DNA from: Cirrosporium novae-zelandiae
Lineage: Eukaryota
Length of the DNA stretch: 64,000 nucleotides
Assembly: GCA_026023565.1 (NCBI GenBank)
Contig: JAPETS010000070.1
Span: forward strand, 1-64,000
Direction: 5' to 3'
The position numbers and the translations under genes are program-made. The notes beneath the pieces were generated by a model that was given only the letters and a program-made list of their open reading frames with translations, was not told where the DNA came from and ran no database searches. Each line of letters opens with the position of its first letter. Within the stretch, counting starts at the first letter, position 1. Shown here piece after piece: positions 12,729 to 25,320 of this stretch.

Positions 12729-14430
12729 CTAAAGATCTAGTTGAAACCTCGGATCCGTTCTAATCCTTTCCCCATATCTAAGAAATACCCAGATCATAGG
12801 TATCAATCCAAGTGCAATGAAAGCTAGTAAACTGTTACCCCAGCCTAATCCCAATGCGTCATACATCCTCCTACCGCATAGCGGGAGCAAAGCTCCCCCG
12901 ATACTCCTCAAGACAATATTCGCAGCCGTCGCGCTCGCTGCGTAGGCGGTGAACGCGTCAACGAGATATATTCCCACGGGCGTAAAAATCGTGATCATAC
13001 CCAAGCCAATGAAAACAGTGCCGATGATGGGAACGATCCAATGGATATTATACTCGATGGTCCATCCGTACCACAATAAACCGATGGGTACAAAGAACCC
13101 ACCTGGGATGATGGGCGGGAGACGATATTCCGGTTTCAGCTCTCCACCCTTGGCCAGTTTCTTTAGAATCATATCTGATACGGCGCCAACAGCGATGAGG
13201 CCGCCGACATTCCCTACGCCGATACCTAGATATGTTAGACCGACGTTTCCTGCACTAATGTTATACCGTTCTTCAAAGACATCCGTCATGGTCGTAAATA
13301 CCAAGTATAGATAGCCATAGTTGATGGCGGCGTACAGGGAGAGGCCCAACACAATCGGCGAAAAAAGCAGCATTTTTGTCGGTCGGACGATGGAAATTAA
13401 GAATAATTCTTTTGGGGTTCTCGAGGATTGGAGCGCTGATTGAAGGGCCTCATTTCCAGTTTCTTTCCGCAAGCGACGGACTTTCCGCTCTAGGATAATT
13501 GGTGGATATGTCTCGCTTTGGAAAATTAAGTTTAGAATGGAGATGGCGCCAGCCTGTTTGATTTCAGTTATCACTAAGCCGTCTATCGAGGTATGAAATC
13601 ATGGTATACTCACTGCTATGACGAGGAACCAAAAGTTCCAGCGCCATCCAAGAGATTCAGACAAATACCCTCCCGCTACTGGTCCAAGAGTAGGTCCAAA
13701 CAAGACCGGCAATGTCCAAACAGCCACGACCTTTCCACGCTCCTCCTGCGTAAAACAATCCGCTATGCTTCCTGAACCGACCGTGAGTGGACAGGAGCCT
13801 GCAAATCCTGCAAGAAATCGAAACAGGATCAGCATTGAGAGGCTAGTTGACTTTGCACACGCGACGTTGAAGACAATAAACAGAAGGGCATTGATATGGT
13901 ACACAGGCAACCTCCCGTACAGTTCGCTTAACGGTGCAATTATGAGCGGACCAAAAGCATAACCCAGGATATAGACAGAAACAACAAAGGAAGCTAGATC
14001 AACATTGGAAGAATGCAAATCCTCCATAGCCATGGGTACACCGGGGGCGAACATGGATGATCCAAATGGGCTAGAAGGACACTTAGTTAGAACATGGCTT
14101 GATTTGAGGAAAACTGAAGTTGGAAACAACCCACGTCAGCAGCGATAATATGGAGACCAGAATGATGTTCGCCCATTTCTTTTTTGCAGGCCAATTTATA
14201 GCCTTTTCTGGGTCATTCAGTCCATCCCAGTCTACGATGTTCGGATCCTTAACTTGCTGGGAAAAGCCTGTTTGATTATCGCCGTTGATTGCCGTGATCT
14301 CAATGTCACAATTCTTGACTTGTGAGTTAGAGTAGTTGCCGTTTGTCGTAGGAGGTTCTGTCTTGATTGCCAGATGAGTTTCTACCAAATCTGCTCGTGC
14401 AACGATTCCAGGGATTACCTTTTTCTCCAT
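12729..14430 (-). CDS. MFS drug:H+ antiporter (DHA1 family)
   Basis: VDWDGLNDPEKAINW, APLSELYGRLPVY, ETYPPIIL, PEYRLP, LGLGWGNSLLAF across three exons. Confidence 0.95.
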
Positions 14431-15018
14431 GGTAAGCTTAGACGAGAAGCTGTAGAAATATCTATGGGCTTATACATAAACAAATTAGTACTCGCGTGGT
14501 CGTGAGGCAGGCAGAACGAGGCGTGAAGGAGCACTCTGGGCATTTTAGGTATGAGCTAACCTATGGTCTGAAGGCTGACCTTCAGTAGAAAACGAGCTTG
14601 AGAATGTAAAGAGCCTTGGGGTGACGCAGAGTCTCATATAGTGCTGTTAACGGACTTAAGTGTGTCTGTTGGTCCGAACTAACAGCTAACCTGGACAACG
14701 AGTCGTTTTTGATTGGCAATAGTTACCTAGCCACAACTGAGGACCCAGTCTGGAACAACAAGGTTATAGCGACGGTAAACGTCAAGCAGCTGACGAATTT
14801 TAACATGAACGTCACGATATTTCGAGATACATTCGTCATTCGGCTGAAAGTCTGCACCTCCAACCGCAGTAATTCCTTTATCATGTTTTTTACGTTCATT
14901 TCCACAGTATAGCTAACTTTGAACTAATTTTTGAGTGCCCACAAGTACACGCTAATTGAAGGTTCCCCGTTATTAAGCCTGACTTGCCATACTCCTTGCT
15001 AGGCAGCGTATCCTCACC

Positions 15019-16346
15019 TTACGCTCTATCTTTCTTTTCTTCGTCAAATTCCTTCTTCATCTTGTTTGCTACGGCATCATCAGCTAAGATACTCCAAGCC
15101 GTAATAGCTAATCCCTTTGCAACTACGAGAGAGCGATCAAATGCTTCTTCTGTGCCAGCCGCTGTTGCGAATCCTATAGTGTGGTTGGAGTTCCCCGGTC
15201 CGACAGGTATTCCATAAATGGGGTGTATAGCAGGAACAACATAGCTGACATTTCCCTGGTCAGTAGATCCACCGATTACTTCGGTGGTATTTACGTCACA
15301 AAAAACGGGGGAATTCAATTTGGCCATAATTTCCGTGTACAATATACAGAGAAACTTATTAGGTCGCAAATCTGCATAGAGTGAGCCATCGGTGACCTCA
15401 ACTTCACATCCAGTGGCCGTACTGGCTCCTAAGAAACAATTGACAACCCGTTGCTTGAGCCTCTTGTTATCAGCAAGTGAGCGTGCCCCCACACAATACT
15501 CAACACTGCCATGGCCTGGGATAACGTTTGGGGTGAGACCGCCATCAACGATGATGCCATGAATCCTCTCCGTTGGTTGTATTTGCTGCCTTAGCATGCT
15601 AATACCGTTGTAGCCTAGCACGATAGCATCTAGAGCATTTGTGCCCTGCCAAGGTGCGAAGCCCGCGTGTGCAGTTTTACCTTTAAAGCTGACCTTAAAT
15701 GCTTCGGTAGCAACGTGGGGTTGATAAACGATTCCAGTATATTCCTTAGAGTACCCGGCAAATAGCGGGCCGGGATGTGCCATGAGGCACGCATCGACGA
15801 ATTTGTATGCACCTTTGTCGATGAGGACAATTTTACCTCCCTCGCTTTCTTCGGCTGGGGTGCCGAGTAGACGTACTCGACCTTGGAGATTGGAGGCTTT
15901 GATTTGAGCAGCAACAGCGAGGAAAGAAGCAAAGGAGGTGATAGCGATCAGATTGTGTCCACAAGCATGCCCTATTTCTGGAAGAGCATCGTACTCGGCG
16001 TTGAAGACAACGACGCGGCCTCCACTACCATACTCGGCTTCGAACGAAGTGGCAATACCATAGGCGTGAGGAGTGACTTCGAATCCCATTTTCTCCAAAA
16101 GAGCGACGATTGCATCATGGGCCTTATATTCATTGTAGCCGAGTTCGGGGTTGTTGTAAATCTGAGAGATTATATTACCACAAGGTGTTTGTGATGATAG
16201 TGTAGCTCTCTTGGTTGTTCATTAAGGATTTGTCATACCTCATAATTGAGTGCCTTGAGCGCTTCCTTGGACTTGTCAATGGCATTGCCTATAGTGGTAG
16301 GTATGCCAGTATCATAAGGATTCATGTCTTTTAAGGGTGCCGTCAT
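15019..16346 (-). CDS. Peptidase M20 domain amidohydrolase (ACY1L2/PM20D2-like)
   Basis: NAEYDALPEIGHACGHNLI, GTPAEE, MAHP, AHA..PWQG.NALDA, GSTDQGNVS; short first exon from ATG 16346 and one intron. Confidence 0.93.
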
Positions 16347-16537
16347 GCTGTTGATAAGACTCAGGTCTATATTTCCTTACTTTAATATCGAGAAAGAAAA
16401 ACAAACAAGGTTTTAGCCAAAGGATGATTTGAAACAGTTAACTAGGCTCGGTTTTATTAATATAAATACTGGAGCATGGCCCTATTTTTTTAATCCAATT
16501 AATTACATCGAGTCATAACACAAGCTAGCACCAGTCA

Positions 16538-16613
16538 TTATCTTGATAGGCCAAGGTGGAAAATGAGCTGAAATTATTGGTTAGAATAGCCGATAAGTAG
16601 CTCTTATCTTATC
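16538..16613. promoter_or_regulatory. Cluster of five GATA-factor sites in the divergent M20 / Zn2Cys6 promoter
   Basis: TTATCT 16538, TGATAG 16544, GATAAG 16592, CTTATC 16603 and 16608. Confidence 0.5.
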
Positions 16614-16693
16614 GCCAGTAACATCCAACTCTACACTTATTTCATGGTACCCTTGCAACAAGATCTACCCAACACCACAACGGACACTTGTCC

Positions 16694-18570
16694 ATGGCCT
16701 TGAATATCACATCCAGCACTAGTCGGAATAAGCGATCAAAGAATGGCTGCCTTCCTTGCCTTTCCTCTAAAGTCAAGTGCGCCGAGAATCATCCGACGTG
16801 TCAAAGATGTGCTCACCTAAGAATTGAGTGTGAATGGCCAAGGCCTCGGCCATCGCTCCGAGAAATTCGACGAGGGTGGGGTCCTCTGAAGAGCAGAGAG
16901 TCATTCACTCCTAGACCAATTCTACCTTTGATAGAGTATCCGCCCGAAACTGTGGCTTCTAGAGATCTCATGCAACCTCGATTGGAAAAGGACGGTACTA
17001 CCAGTACTGCTACTAAACATGCCCAGCATGAACCGTGCGAGATCCCCTCGGGGCAGGAGGGGCACCTGGAAGTTGATGACCAAACTTCCCTCAATGAAAC
17101 CTCTACAGTGGAGCAGAGTCTCCAGTTTCAACCCATCAGAGGAAGACCTCAGGCCATGTGGCGTTTACATACTGCTGCTCTCATCCCTCCCGTGTCTGCA
17201 TCTCATATACCTTCTTCATCTTCTTTGATCTTCGAAGCACCTGAGCATCATGCTTTGCAGCATTATCAAAATGTGCTTTCAAAGTCCTATGGCACCAAAG
17301 TTTCCACATGGTCGACCTTCACCGTCATTCTTCGTTATGGAAGAGACCATCCCACCATCATGCATTTCCTTCTTGCTACTTCTCTTGCACAATTGTCTCA
17401 ACTTAGCGGTAGCCGAGATCTTTGGTCTTCTGGGAAGTCACATTTTCAACTTGGATCACAGCTTTTAGTTAGCGGAATGGGCAATTATGAAATTAATCAC
17501 TGCACGAACATGGCGGCATTCTGGTTAGTCCAATTTACATACCGTACAATCTGGGGAAAGAAGGCCATTGAAAGTATGAAGAAGCTCAGTCATGCTGTTG
17601 CGAAATACGTCGAGAAACATAGCATACTAGAACTTTACTCATCCCCGGATATTCTGCAAGAGATGAACCCTCAGGCACCAACAACGTACTCGAAGCCTTT
17701 GCCTCTTCGAGAAAGGAGTATGCTTGCAAGATTCATGATTTGGATATGCTATTCAGATCTAGAAGCAGAGTTTTGCAATGCTGGGGGGTATTTTTCGGAC
17801 TTATTGTTCAGTAATGAAGACATCGCTGAAACAATTTATCATACATCGCAAAATTCGCTGGAGCTATTTTATGGATCCGAGTACCCTTACAATGAAGTTA
17901 TAGATGATGTTGAGCGCTCTTCCGTACTAGAATTGCATTTTCAGGCAGCACTTGTATACTACAAAATCAACAAAGCCGCTAGGAACAGTTCTTCTCTTGG
18001 TCAATTTGAGGCCATTGAAGGACAGTTTGGTGAAATGAAGAAGGTGAGTGCAGTGTCCGATAGATACCACCAACATTCAATAGCCTCATGTTTCATATTG
18101 ATACTACATATTTTTCAAATTGCCTTTTGTCTGACTCGCCTCCCTAGCGATACTCTTCCATTTTTCGACTTGCCGAACTCAATACTCCCCGAAGTGGGCG
18201 GCTAGTGAAGACTATTGATCTAATTCTGGCTCACTTTCATGCTGTCCACATTTATAATCTACGATACTTACTACCGGAAACGAGAAACCTCGATACTGTT
18301 GAAAAACTCGGTGTCATTGTTCAAGATTTACTACGAATCACACAGCGTGTAATAATACCAAGGTCCACGACAGTCTCGACCAGGCTTCAATGGCCTCTAT
18401 TTATGGCTGGGATTGAAACTAACGACAAGATCTACTTGGAATGGATCATGCAAAAGCTTGCAGGGTGTGAATATGCCAAAATCCTACCGGCCGCTTTGGA
18501 TGCTCAAGAAGGCAGCGAGGCCAAGTTGAGTATGGATACCATCCGTAATCTTTGCTCCCAAGTTTGTTAG
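16694..18570 (+). CDS. Zn(II)2Cys6 transcription factor with fungal TF C-terminal domain
   Basis: RSKNGCLPCLSSKVKCAENHPTCQRCAHLRIEC; C-terminal WPLFMAGIET; one intron at ~18044-18146. Confidence 0.9.
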
Positions 18571-19709
18571 TTTGCAACAACAGAATATAGGTAACACAAT
18601 GATTGCTAGATGTTCAGTAGCTACTACCATTGATGCGACAGTAAATACTTCTAAATTATACTCTATGCTTGTTCCACCTCATAGAATCGACCTTTTCGCT
18701 AGAAGGCTCCAATGGGATTATAACACTTCCAATTGAAGTATACAAAGATTTTTAACGACGTAAATAATCCGAAAAAATTATTAATCTCTAGTTAAGAAAC
18801 CATGTCAGGTCTACTACCATTCTGAGAAGTATAAGACCACAATCTACGTCCAACGTGATAAATTCATTGCGTGCGTCACATCAAGTACTAAATGAAGATA
18901 TCCTGCACTATATCGGCAAAACCAGCCAATCAGATGCAACCTCGATCTGGTCTAGTAATCTGCAAGCCTGACTTCATGAGGTATATTCCGCTATCAATAA
19001 TTATTAGCATATCATAATTCAGCCTAGAAGACGGTGAGCCAATAGCATATTTTTGAATTAGCTGAGTTGGCAGCAATATGCTAATGGGTTGGCTTAAAAG
19101 TAACGGAAGTTGTGCTTGCAACCGTTTGAGATAAACTTGGACTATCCCGATTACCCACCCACCACACCCTCAAGAGATTCAATCTCCTCTTTCGAAAATC
19201 TTCATAATGCAAGAACTTGTAATTGTCCCAATCTGGGGTATTCCAACGGTCCCTAAATTGGTGGGAAGCGAAATATAGAATCAAGGGTTTCCCTACAGAA
19301 CCCTCATACCCTGTCTACACATTTGACAGGGTGAAAGGACTATTGGTGAATCCAATGTTCATCACCAATAACAATAGTGGTCCTGCAATTAACATGGCCA
19401 GGATTGATATCGACATAACATTATACCATTTAATGGAAATTGTTGCAATGTATGGCTCCACTGCTCTCGTGACGTAACGATTCAACAAGAAAGTTTTCTG
19501 AGAAGACGTGGAGACAGAAACGGAGATAAAACTTGAATCAGTCGTCGGCCTTAAAGAAATGTCTTTAACTCCGTCCTTTATCTCCTCGAGGTGACATATA
19601 ACTGTTGAACCAGCCCAAATATTCTCATAGGCTCTTCCCCACAACGTCTCACCTCATGACCCCCAGTGTAAACTCGAATCCAAATCGACATCTTCCATCA
19701 GCCGTCAAC

Positions 19710-20776
19710 ATGCCTCCAGCAAAGACCAAGTTGAAGATCGTTTTCGGGGCCATGACAATCGGCAAGCCAGGTCCGTCATCCCCATGCTTGTCTCTCTCTA
19801 CTAGCAGCAGTGCTCATATAAAAAAGGCGTCGAACAAACACGTGTCCATAATCTCAAAGATGCAGCCGCCATCCTAGATATTTTCCAAAAATATGGCCAC
19901 AATGAAATCGACACAGCCCGCGTCTACGGTCAAGGATCTTCGGAAGAATATCTAGGAGAACTCAAATGGCAGGACCGCAAGCTCGTCATGGATACAAAGT
20001 ACTACCCACACATCGGCCGCGTGTCGGGACTAAACACCTCGCACTCTCCAGCGGACCTCCGCAAATATCTCCTCGAATCCCTAAAAGCGCTCAAGACCGA
20101 CAAAATCGACATGTGGTACCTCCACGCCCCAGACCGCACAACCCCTTATGAGATAACCTTCCGGGCCATCGACGAGCTGTACAAGGAAGGACACTTCACG
20201 CGGTTCGGCCTCAGCAACTACATGGCCTGGGAAATCGCCTACATAAACGAGCTCTGCATCCAGAACAACTGGATCCGCCCCTGTGCGTACCAGGGCGTCT
20301 ACAACGCCATCCACCGCACCGTGGAAGCCGAACTCTTCCCCTGCCTCCGCCACTACGGCATGGCCTTCTACGCCTACAACCCTCTCGCAGGGGGTTACCT
20401 AACCTCGCGCTACCACCGCGACCAGCAGGACACCACCATCGAGCACGGCTCCCGCTTCGACCCAACCTCCAGCCAAGGGAAACTCTACCGCGCCCGCTAC
20501 TGGAACACAACCATGTTCGACGCCCTCGACATTATCCGAGCCGCTGCGGGGAAGTATGGGCTCACGGAGGCGGAATGTGCTCTCAGGTGGATGATGCATC
20601 ACTCGAAGCTGAAGCCGGAGCTGGGTGATGCTGTCATCATCGGTGCGAGCAGCACGAAGCATCTGGAGGAGAATTTGATCGATTTTGAAAAGGGACCGCT
20701 GCCGGATGAGGTTTTGGGGGCGTTGGATGCGGCGTGGTTGAAGACGAAGGGGGTGGTTATGAATTATTTTCATTGA
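19710..20776 (+). CDS. Aflatoxin B1 aldehyde reductase-like aldo-keto reductase (AKR7 type)
   Basis: IVFGAMTIG, EIDTARVYG, WYLHAPDR, GLSNY, YQGVYNAIHR, YAYNPLAGG; one short intron at ~19771-19826. Confidence 0.93.
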
Positions 20777-21899
20777 GGTGGACTAACTGACTAAACGGAA
20801 GAAAGAGCTTGGCTTGCGGGTGGGTAGAAAAAAAATTCACATTTATGATCAATCATGTCAGTCACTACGAAGTGAGAGTTAGGGTTATGGAGAGAGGGGG
20901 CGGGAAAGAGGGAGGGGGGTGAGGTATAACACCCACACACACATATACACACACACACGCACACATACATAAAACATCAAAAATCAAAAATCAAAAATCG
21001 TTTTTTATATGTATGTCCTAGAATTATGAAAAAAAAGAAATTATGGATGCTCGTCACCATTGCTATCGCTAATCAGGTAGGTAACACGGGGTTCTCTAAT
21101 TATCTATAATATAATGTTTCCATAATTAGAAGCTAGGATAAGATAACTACCTAACTAACTAGATTATCTGTCTTGCACGAATGGGGGGGGGGAACAAGAT
21201 TAAAGTCAAGGAGAGACCGATCATCCCTAAGAGTAAGATAAATAGAAAGATACGCAAAAAAAATATCCATCATCACATTATCACATCACACCGCAACTCA
21301 CTGTAGAAGTGCTAACAAGCAAGCATATAACTAACAAAAGTAGTTCTCATCATTAGAGGTGGTTGTGTAAAATCTAAGTGAAGATCTACACAGTAAGTCG
21401 GAGGAGAATAAATAATTAGTTCAGTAATTAGCTAACCGAGCTCGGTTATTGTAGCTCCCCTTCCCAACACCAACCACCATTACCACCACCACCATTCATC
21501 TCCTCACAAGTAAAATAAATAAAATCTCAGGTCTTGCACATTTCCGGCTACAGTGTGTGTGTGTATGTGTGTGCCAAAGTCTCTCCCTCTCTCCCTTCCA
21601 TCCATCCAGAGAGTATTCGATTAAAGAATCTCGTATTTTCTGATCGTGATCATCATCATCATAGCTAGGATCGAGTCTTTGGACTGGTTCGTAAGTAGTA
21701 GTGGTGGTGGTGGAAATGGGGGGGGGGGTAGTAATAGGAGGAGAATTAGTAGTGGCAGTGGTAGATTGTGTATTCTGGCTGCAGGATGCCAAGCAAGCCC
21801 AACCAACACCATGGGCAATAATATTCAACCACCGAGTTATGAGATGCAAGAAAGGTTAAATCAGCTAGCAGAGTCCAAGGTCATCCAAGTAAGTGAAAG

Positions 21900-22562
21900 C
21901 TAGTAGAAGTCGTCAGGAATATTCAACCCCTTCATCTGTTCTCTCAAATGCTGTGCCAGAGCGGATATCTTCTCTCTCAGCTTTGCCTTCGTTTTCTCAT
22001 CAAGCGGGGATGCAAATGTGTTTGTAGCTTCACCCTCATGGCTGTCACTATAACCAACATTCTGCATTCCCAAGTCCTCGCCTTCGTGTCGGGTGACGAT
22101 GGAGGGAGCAGTAGATGAGGATATTGCGCCCAAGGCGCCTAGAAGTAATTTTCGATCTGATTTCAATGGAGCGACAGCAAAGGATACGACGGAGGAAGAG
22201 GAGGGAGAAGCTGATTTGAGAGTCGTTGTGAATATGTCGTTCTTCCCGTCGTTTGCTTCATCTGCAAGAACAGAAGATCTCTCCGAGGGAGAGGCGGATG
22301 GGTTAGAAGCAATGCCAAGTAGAGCCGCTATGTCTCGTAAGGTGCGAATGGTTAGGGTCGGACATGTTGAAGGTGGCAGGGGAGAGGGGGCATGTGCGAG
22401 GAGGGTCCCCGATTTTGTGAATAGGCTATAAACTTGCTATCAGCTCACATCTTTAGGATGAAGGTCAATTTGCTCTTGGGTAATGCAGACTTACAATAAT
22501 GCAGGAGCAGTTGGTGACAAGTTCAATGTCAAGAAGGCAGTCAAAGGTTCTGGAGCCAACAT
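21900..22562 (-). CDS. Roadblock/LAMTOR2-like protein (putative Ragulator/EGO subunit)
   Basis: Exons 22562-22495 and 22425-21900 give MLAPEPLTAFLTLNLSPTAPALFLFTKSGTLLAHA...LREKISALAQHLREQMKGLNIPDDFY, resembling LAMTOR2 termini (MLxPxxLT, GxLLA, C-terminal LxxKxxALxxxL helix). Confidence 0.65.
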
Positions 22563-24197
22563 CTTTTCTTGTTTGAACTGTGGTTGTCCGAATGGTTGTG
22601 GTTGAAGTTGAGGAAGTTGGTTGTTAAAAGAGAGATTGGAGGAAACACTCGTTTGTGTTACAATTTCTGGAAAGCAATTACCCCTTCGTTCTCCGTTACC
22701 TTCTGAGAGTGAATAAGTTAGTGATCTAGTCACAGAATTTTACATACATATAGGTAGAACAGTGAATCTAGCACATGATGCATAACCACATAATGATTGA
22801 CATCATCAGAGGTCGTGACTCATGGCACAGTAGAGTAACCGAGGAGGAAGATTGGGGAATCAAGAACACTTGGGGTAGATGTATCTCAGAATCGTAAGAC
22901 ATACCTTGCTCTCCACTCTCTTCCTCAATTCCCCAGCCTTCTGAGGAACCCCAGGCACCTGAGGACTCGTCGACTGGGTGGTCTATTAGTAAATCCAGTA
23001 ACAACCTAGATCCTAGAATGTAGACCAAAGTATACCCTGATATTGTGATGGTAAACTCACGCCCCTAGACGCCCACTGTGGTGGCTCAAAGTTGCGAAAA
23101 TTGTGAGGAAGTGGATATTCGCCCTGACTTCGAAGGCGATAGATGAGCGGACCGTAGGTATCTGTCAGGTTCTTACATCTTAGTATCCTGGTAAACATAC
23201 TCCCTTCGCATAAAGGAAGATAAAGGGGACGAAGGTGGTATTAAAAGATAGGAAAGGAGTTTGTTTAACATTATGGATTAGAAAGATATGGTGGGCGGTG
23301 GACTTTCAAAGCTAGTTCCATAGGAGTCCGCTCCGCTCTCCTCCCCGTGTAAGCGCCAGGAAAACGCCGTAACCGAGATAGGAAATATAAGCGAACTCGC
23401 TAAACTTGCTGATGAGGGGCTAGGTAAAGTGATATATAAATCCATGAATAAATGAGCAAATACATATAACATAGGACCTAGTAGTGAACAAGAAGAAAAA
23501 TCAAAAACACGGTCGTGAAACCAGAAATACGAAGAAGCAACTAGAATAAAGAAGAAGCATTGAGAACCGATAAAGAGAAAGAAATATATACCTGATGAAT
23601 GTTGTTGTTAATAAATTTACATAGAAGAATGCCTATCTGGTGTTAAGTATAGACCTGATGATGTTTTGAAGGAGGAAAATATTAAGTTGTGGAGAAGACG
23701 CTACGCTAGACGCTAAAACGAAAAATGCAATGGGTAAAGCTAAGGAGTGACCTCGCTTACTATCACGCCAAACCTTACCCCCCAGTGGGTCCTCTTCCAT
23801 TATCATTCTAGGGGGGGGAAATCATTGTTGTACTATCTATCTAGCCTACTGAACAATTCAGTCCCGTCTCTCCATCTCATAGGTACGGTGGCACTGGTAT
23901 CGGAGAGCCATAGCATGGATGTTGTTAACGCCCCCACCTAACTCAAATCAATGCAAGAGCTTAGATTGGTGTGCCAAAACTTATCGAATACAACTAAATT
24001 ACCTAGGTATAATACAATGCATGGATCTTTAGACATGAGTCTGAATCCGCAATGTTGGAACTGAACCATAATTTCTCAACTTCATACATCGTATATAGCT
24101 AACATCCACTTCAGCTTCAAGGCCATCCTGACGATTTCTCTTTTCTTATTCAACGCACACATACTTGGACAACCAATACCTGCTATCTCCCCATTCC

Positions 24198-25320
24198 TCA
24201 ACCAAGTGTAACCTTGTCTGTCAGATAACCGAGATCCACAGTGGGTATTCCGCCGTCCTCAGCAAGAAATCTGCTCACTCGGTTGCCAGTCCATTTCGGA
24301 TTCTCGTCTCCGATCCAGTGACCCGCCTTGGGGATCAGCTCAACGGTGACATTTCGCCCAACAGTAGAGAACGTTGATTTCAATACTGAAAGTGGGAAAC
24401 TGGCTTCACCGCCCAACGCTAGTACGGGCATGGACAGTGGATTCTGCTTGATGGTGGAGTTGAAAAAGGCTTCGTCCTGGAAGGATACGCCAAAGTAGGT
24501 GAGTCCGCTGCGGAGGAAACCGGGCTTGGATATCGCGGTGGTGTATCGGTTCAGGTAGTCTTCGGAGATGGCAGCGTTGCCGGAATAGGAAGAGTGGTAG
24601 AAATACCAGGCTAGCATCTGCTTTTCCTTTCCAGAAATAAAAAACTCGGCTGCGTCTGGCACTTGGAAAAATGCGAGCTGCCAATTCGAATAGAGATCCC
24701 AATCTGCTGTGGGAATTTGGAAAGTTTCGTACCCAAAGCCGGGAAGGGGGTAGTCTGCGAATCCGATACGTTTGACATACGAAGGATACTTTGTTGCCAG
24801 AGCAGCAGCTAGACCAACGCCTTTGTCATGAGAAAACACGTAAGTCTGGTTGATTCCGAGGAAATCTAAAACGCCCTTCAAATCTTCGGCTCCGGTGCTA
24901 GCGGTATAATCGTTATTCGCAGGAATAGAGCTGTCTCCACAACCGCGAATGTCTACAGCGATGACGGTGTAGTTTTGAGCCAGTATAGGGCCAATCGTGT
25001 GCCAAGTCAGCTAGTTGAGGAGCATCTTAGCATGAGTACAGGCTGGAAAAATATGACAGAAAAGTAGAGACTCTTCGGCGGAAATATGTTGGGTATTTCA
25101 GCGATATCTGAAAGGCACTTACCGAATGCTGAGGCCAACCATGAACAAGTAACACGGGCGACCCAGACCCAGCATAACGAAAATGAATGCTGACATCCTG
25201 CAGCTGAACCCTCTGGTGTTCCCAATCATCGAATGGAATCAAATTGGCACAGGTGGATGATGCAAGGAAGCTTAATAAGGATATGAGAGTAAGATGGAAA
25301 ATATTCCTCATTTTCAGCAT
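24198..25320 (-). CDS. Secreted alpha/beta hydrolase, epoxide hydrolase-like
   Basis: Hydrophobic N-terminal signal-like stretch; LLVHGWPQ, DIRGCGDS, nucleophile elbow SHDKG, catalytic AGHWI; one intron at ~25006-25121. Confidence 0.9.

Noticed and set aside
20860..20900. GTTAGGGTTA, a telomerase-template-like sequence (TAACCCTAAC on the minus strand)
   Set aside because: Single 10-mer in a low-complexity tract just after the AKR7 stop; a minus-strand telomerase RNA would run through that gene and no other supporting elements were seen
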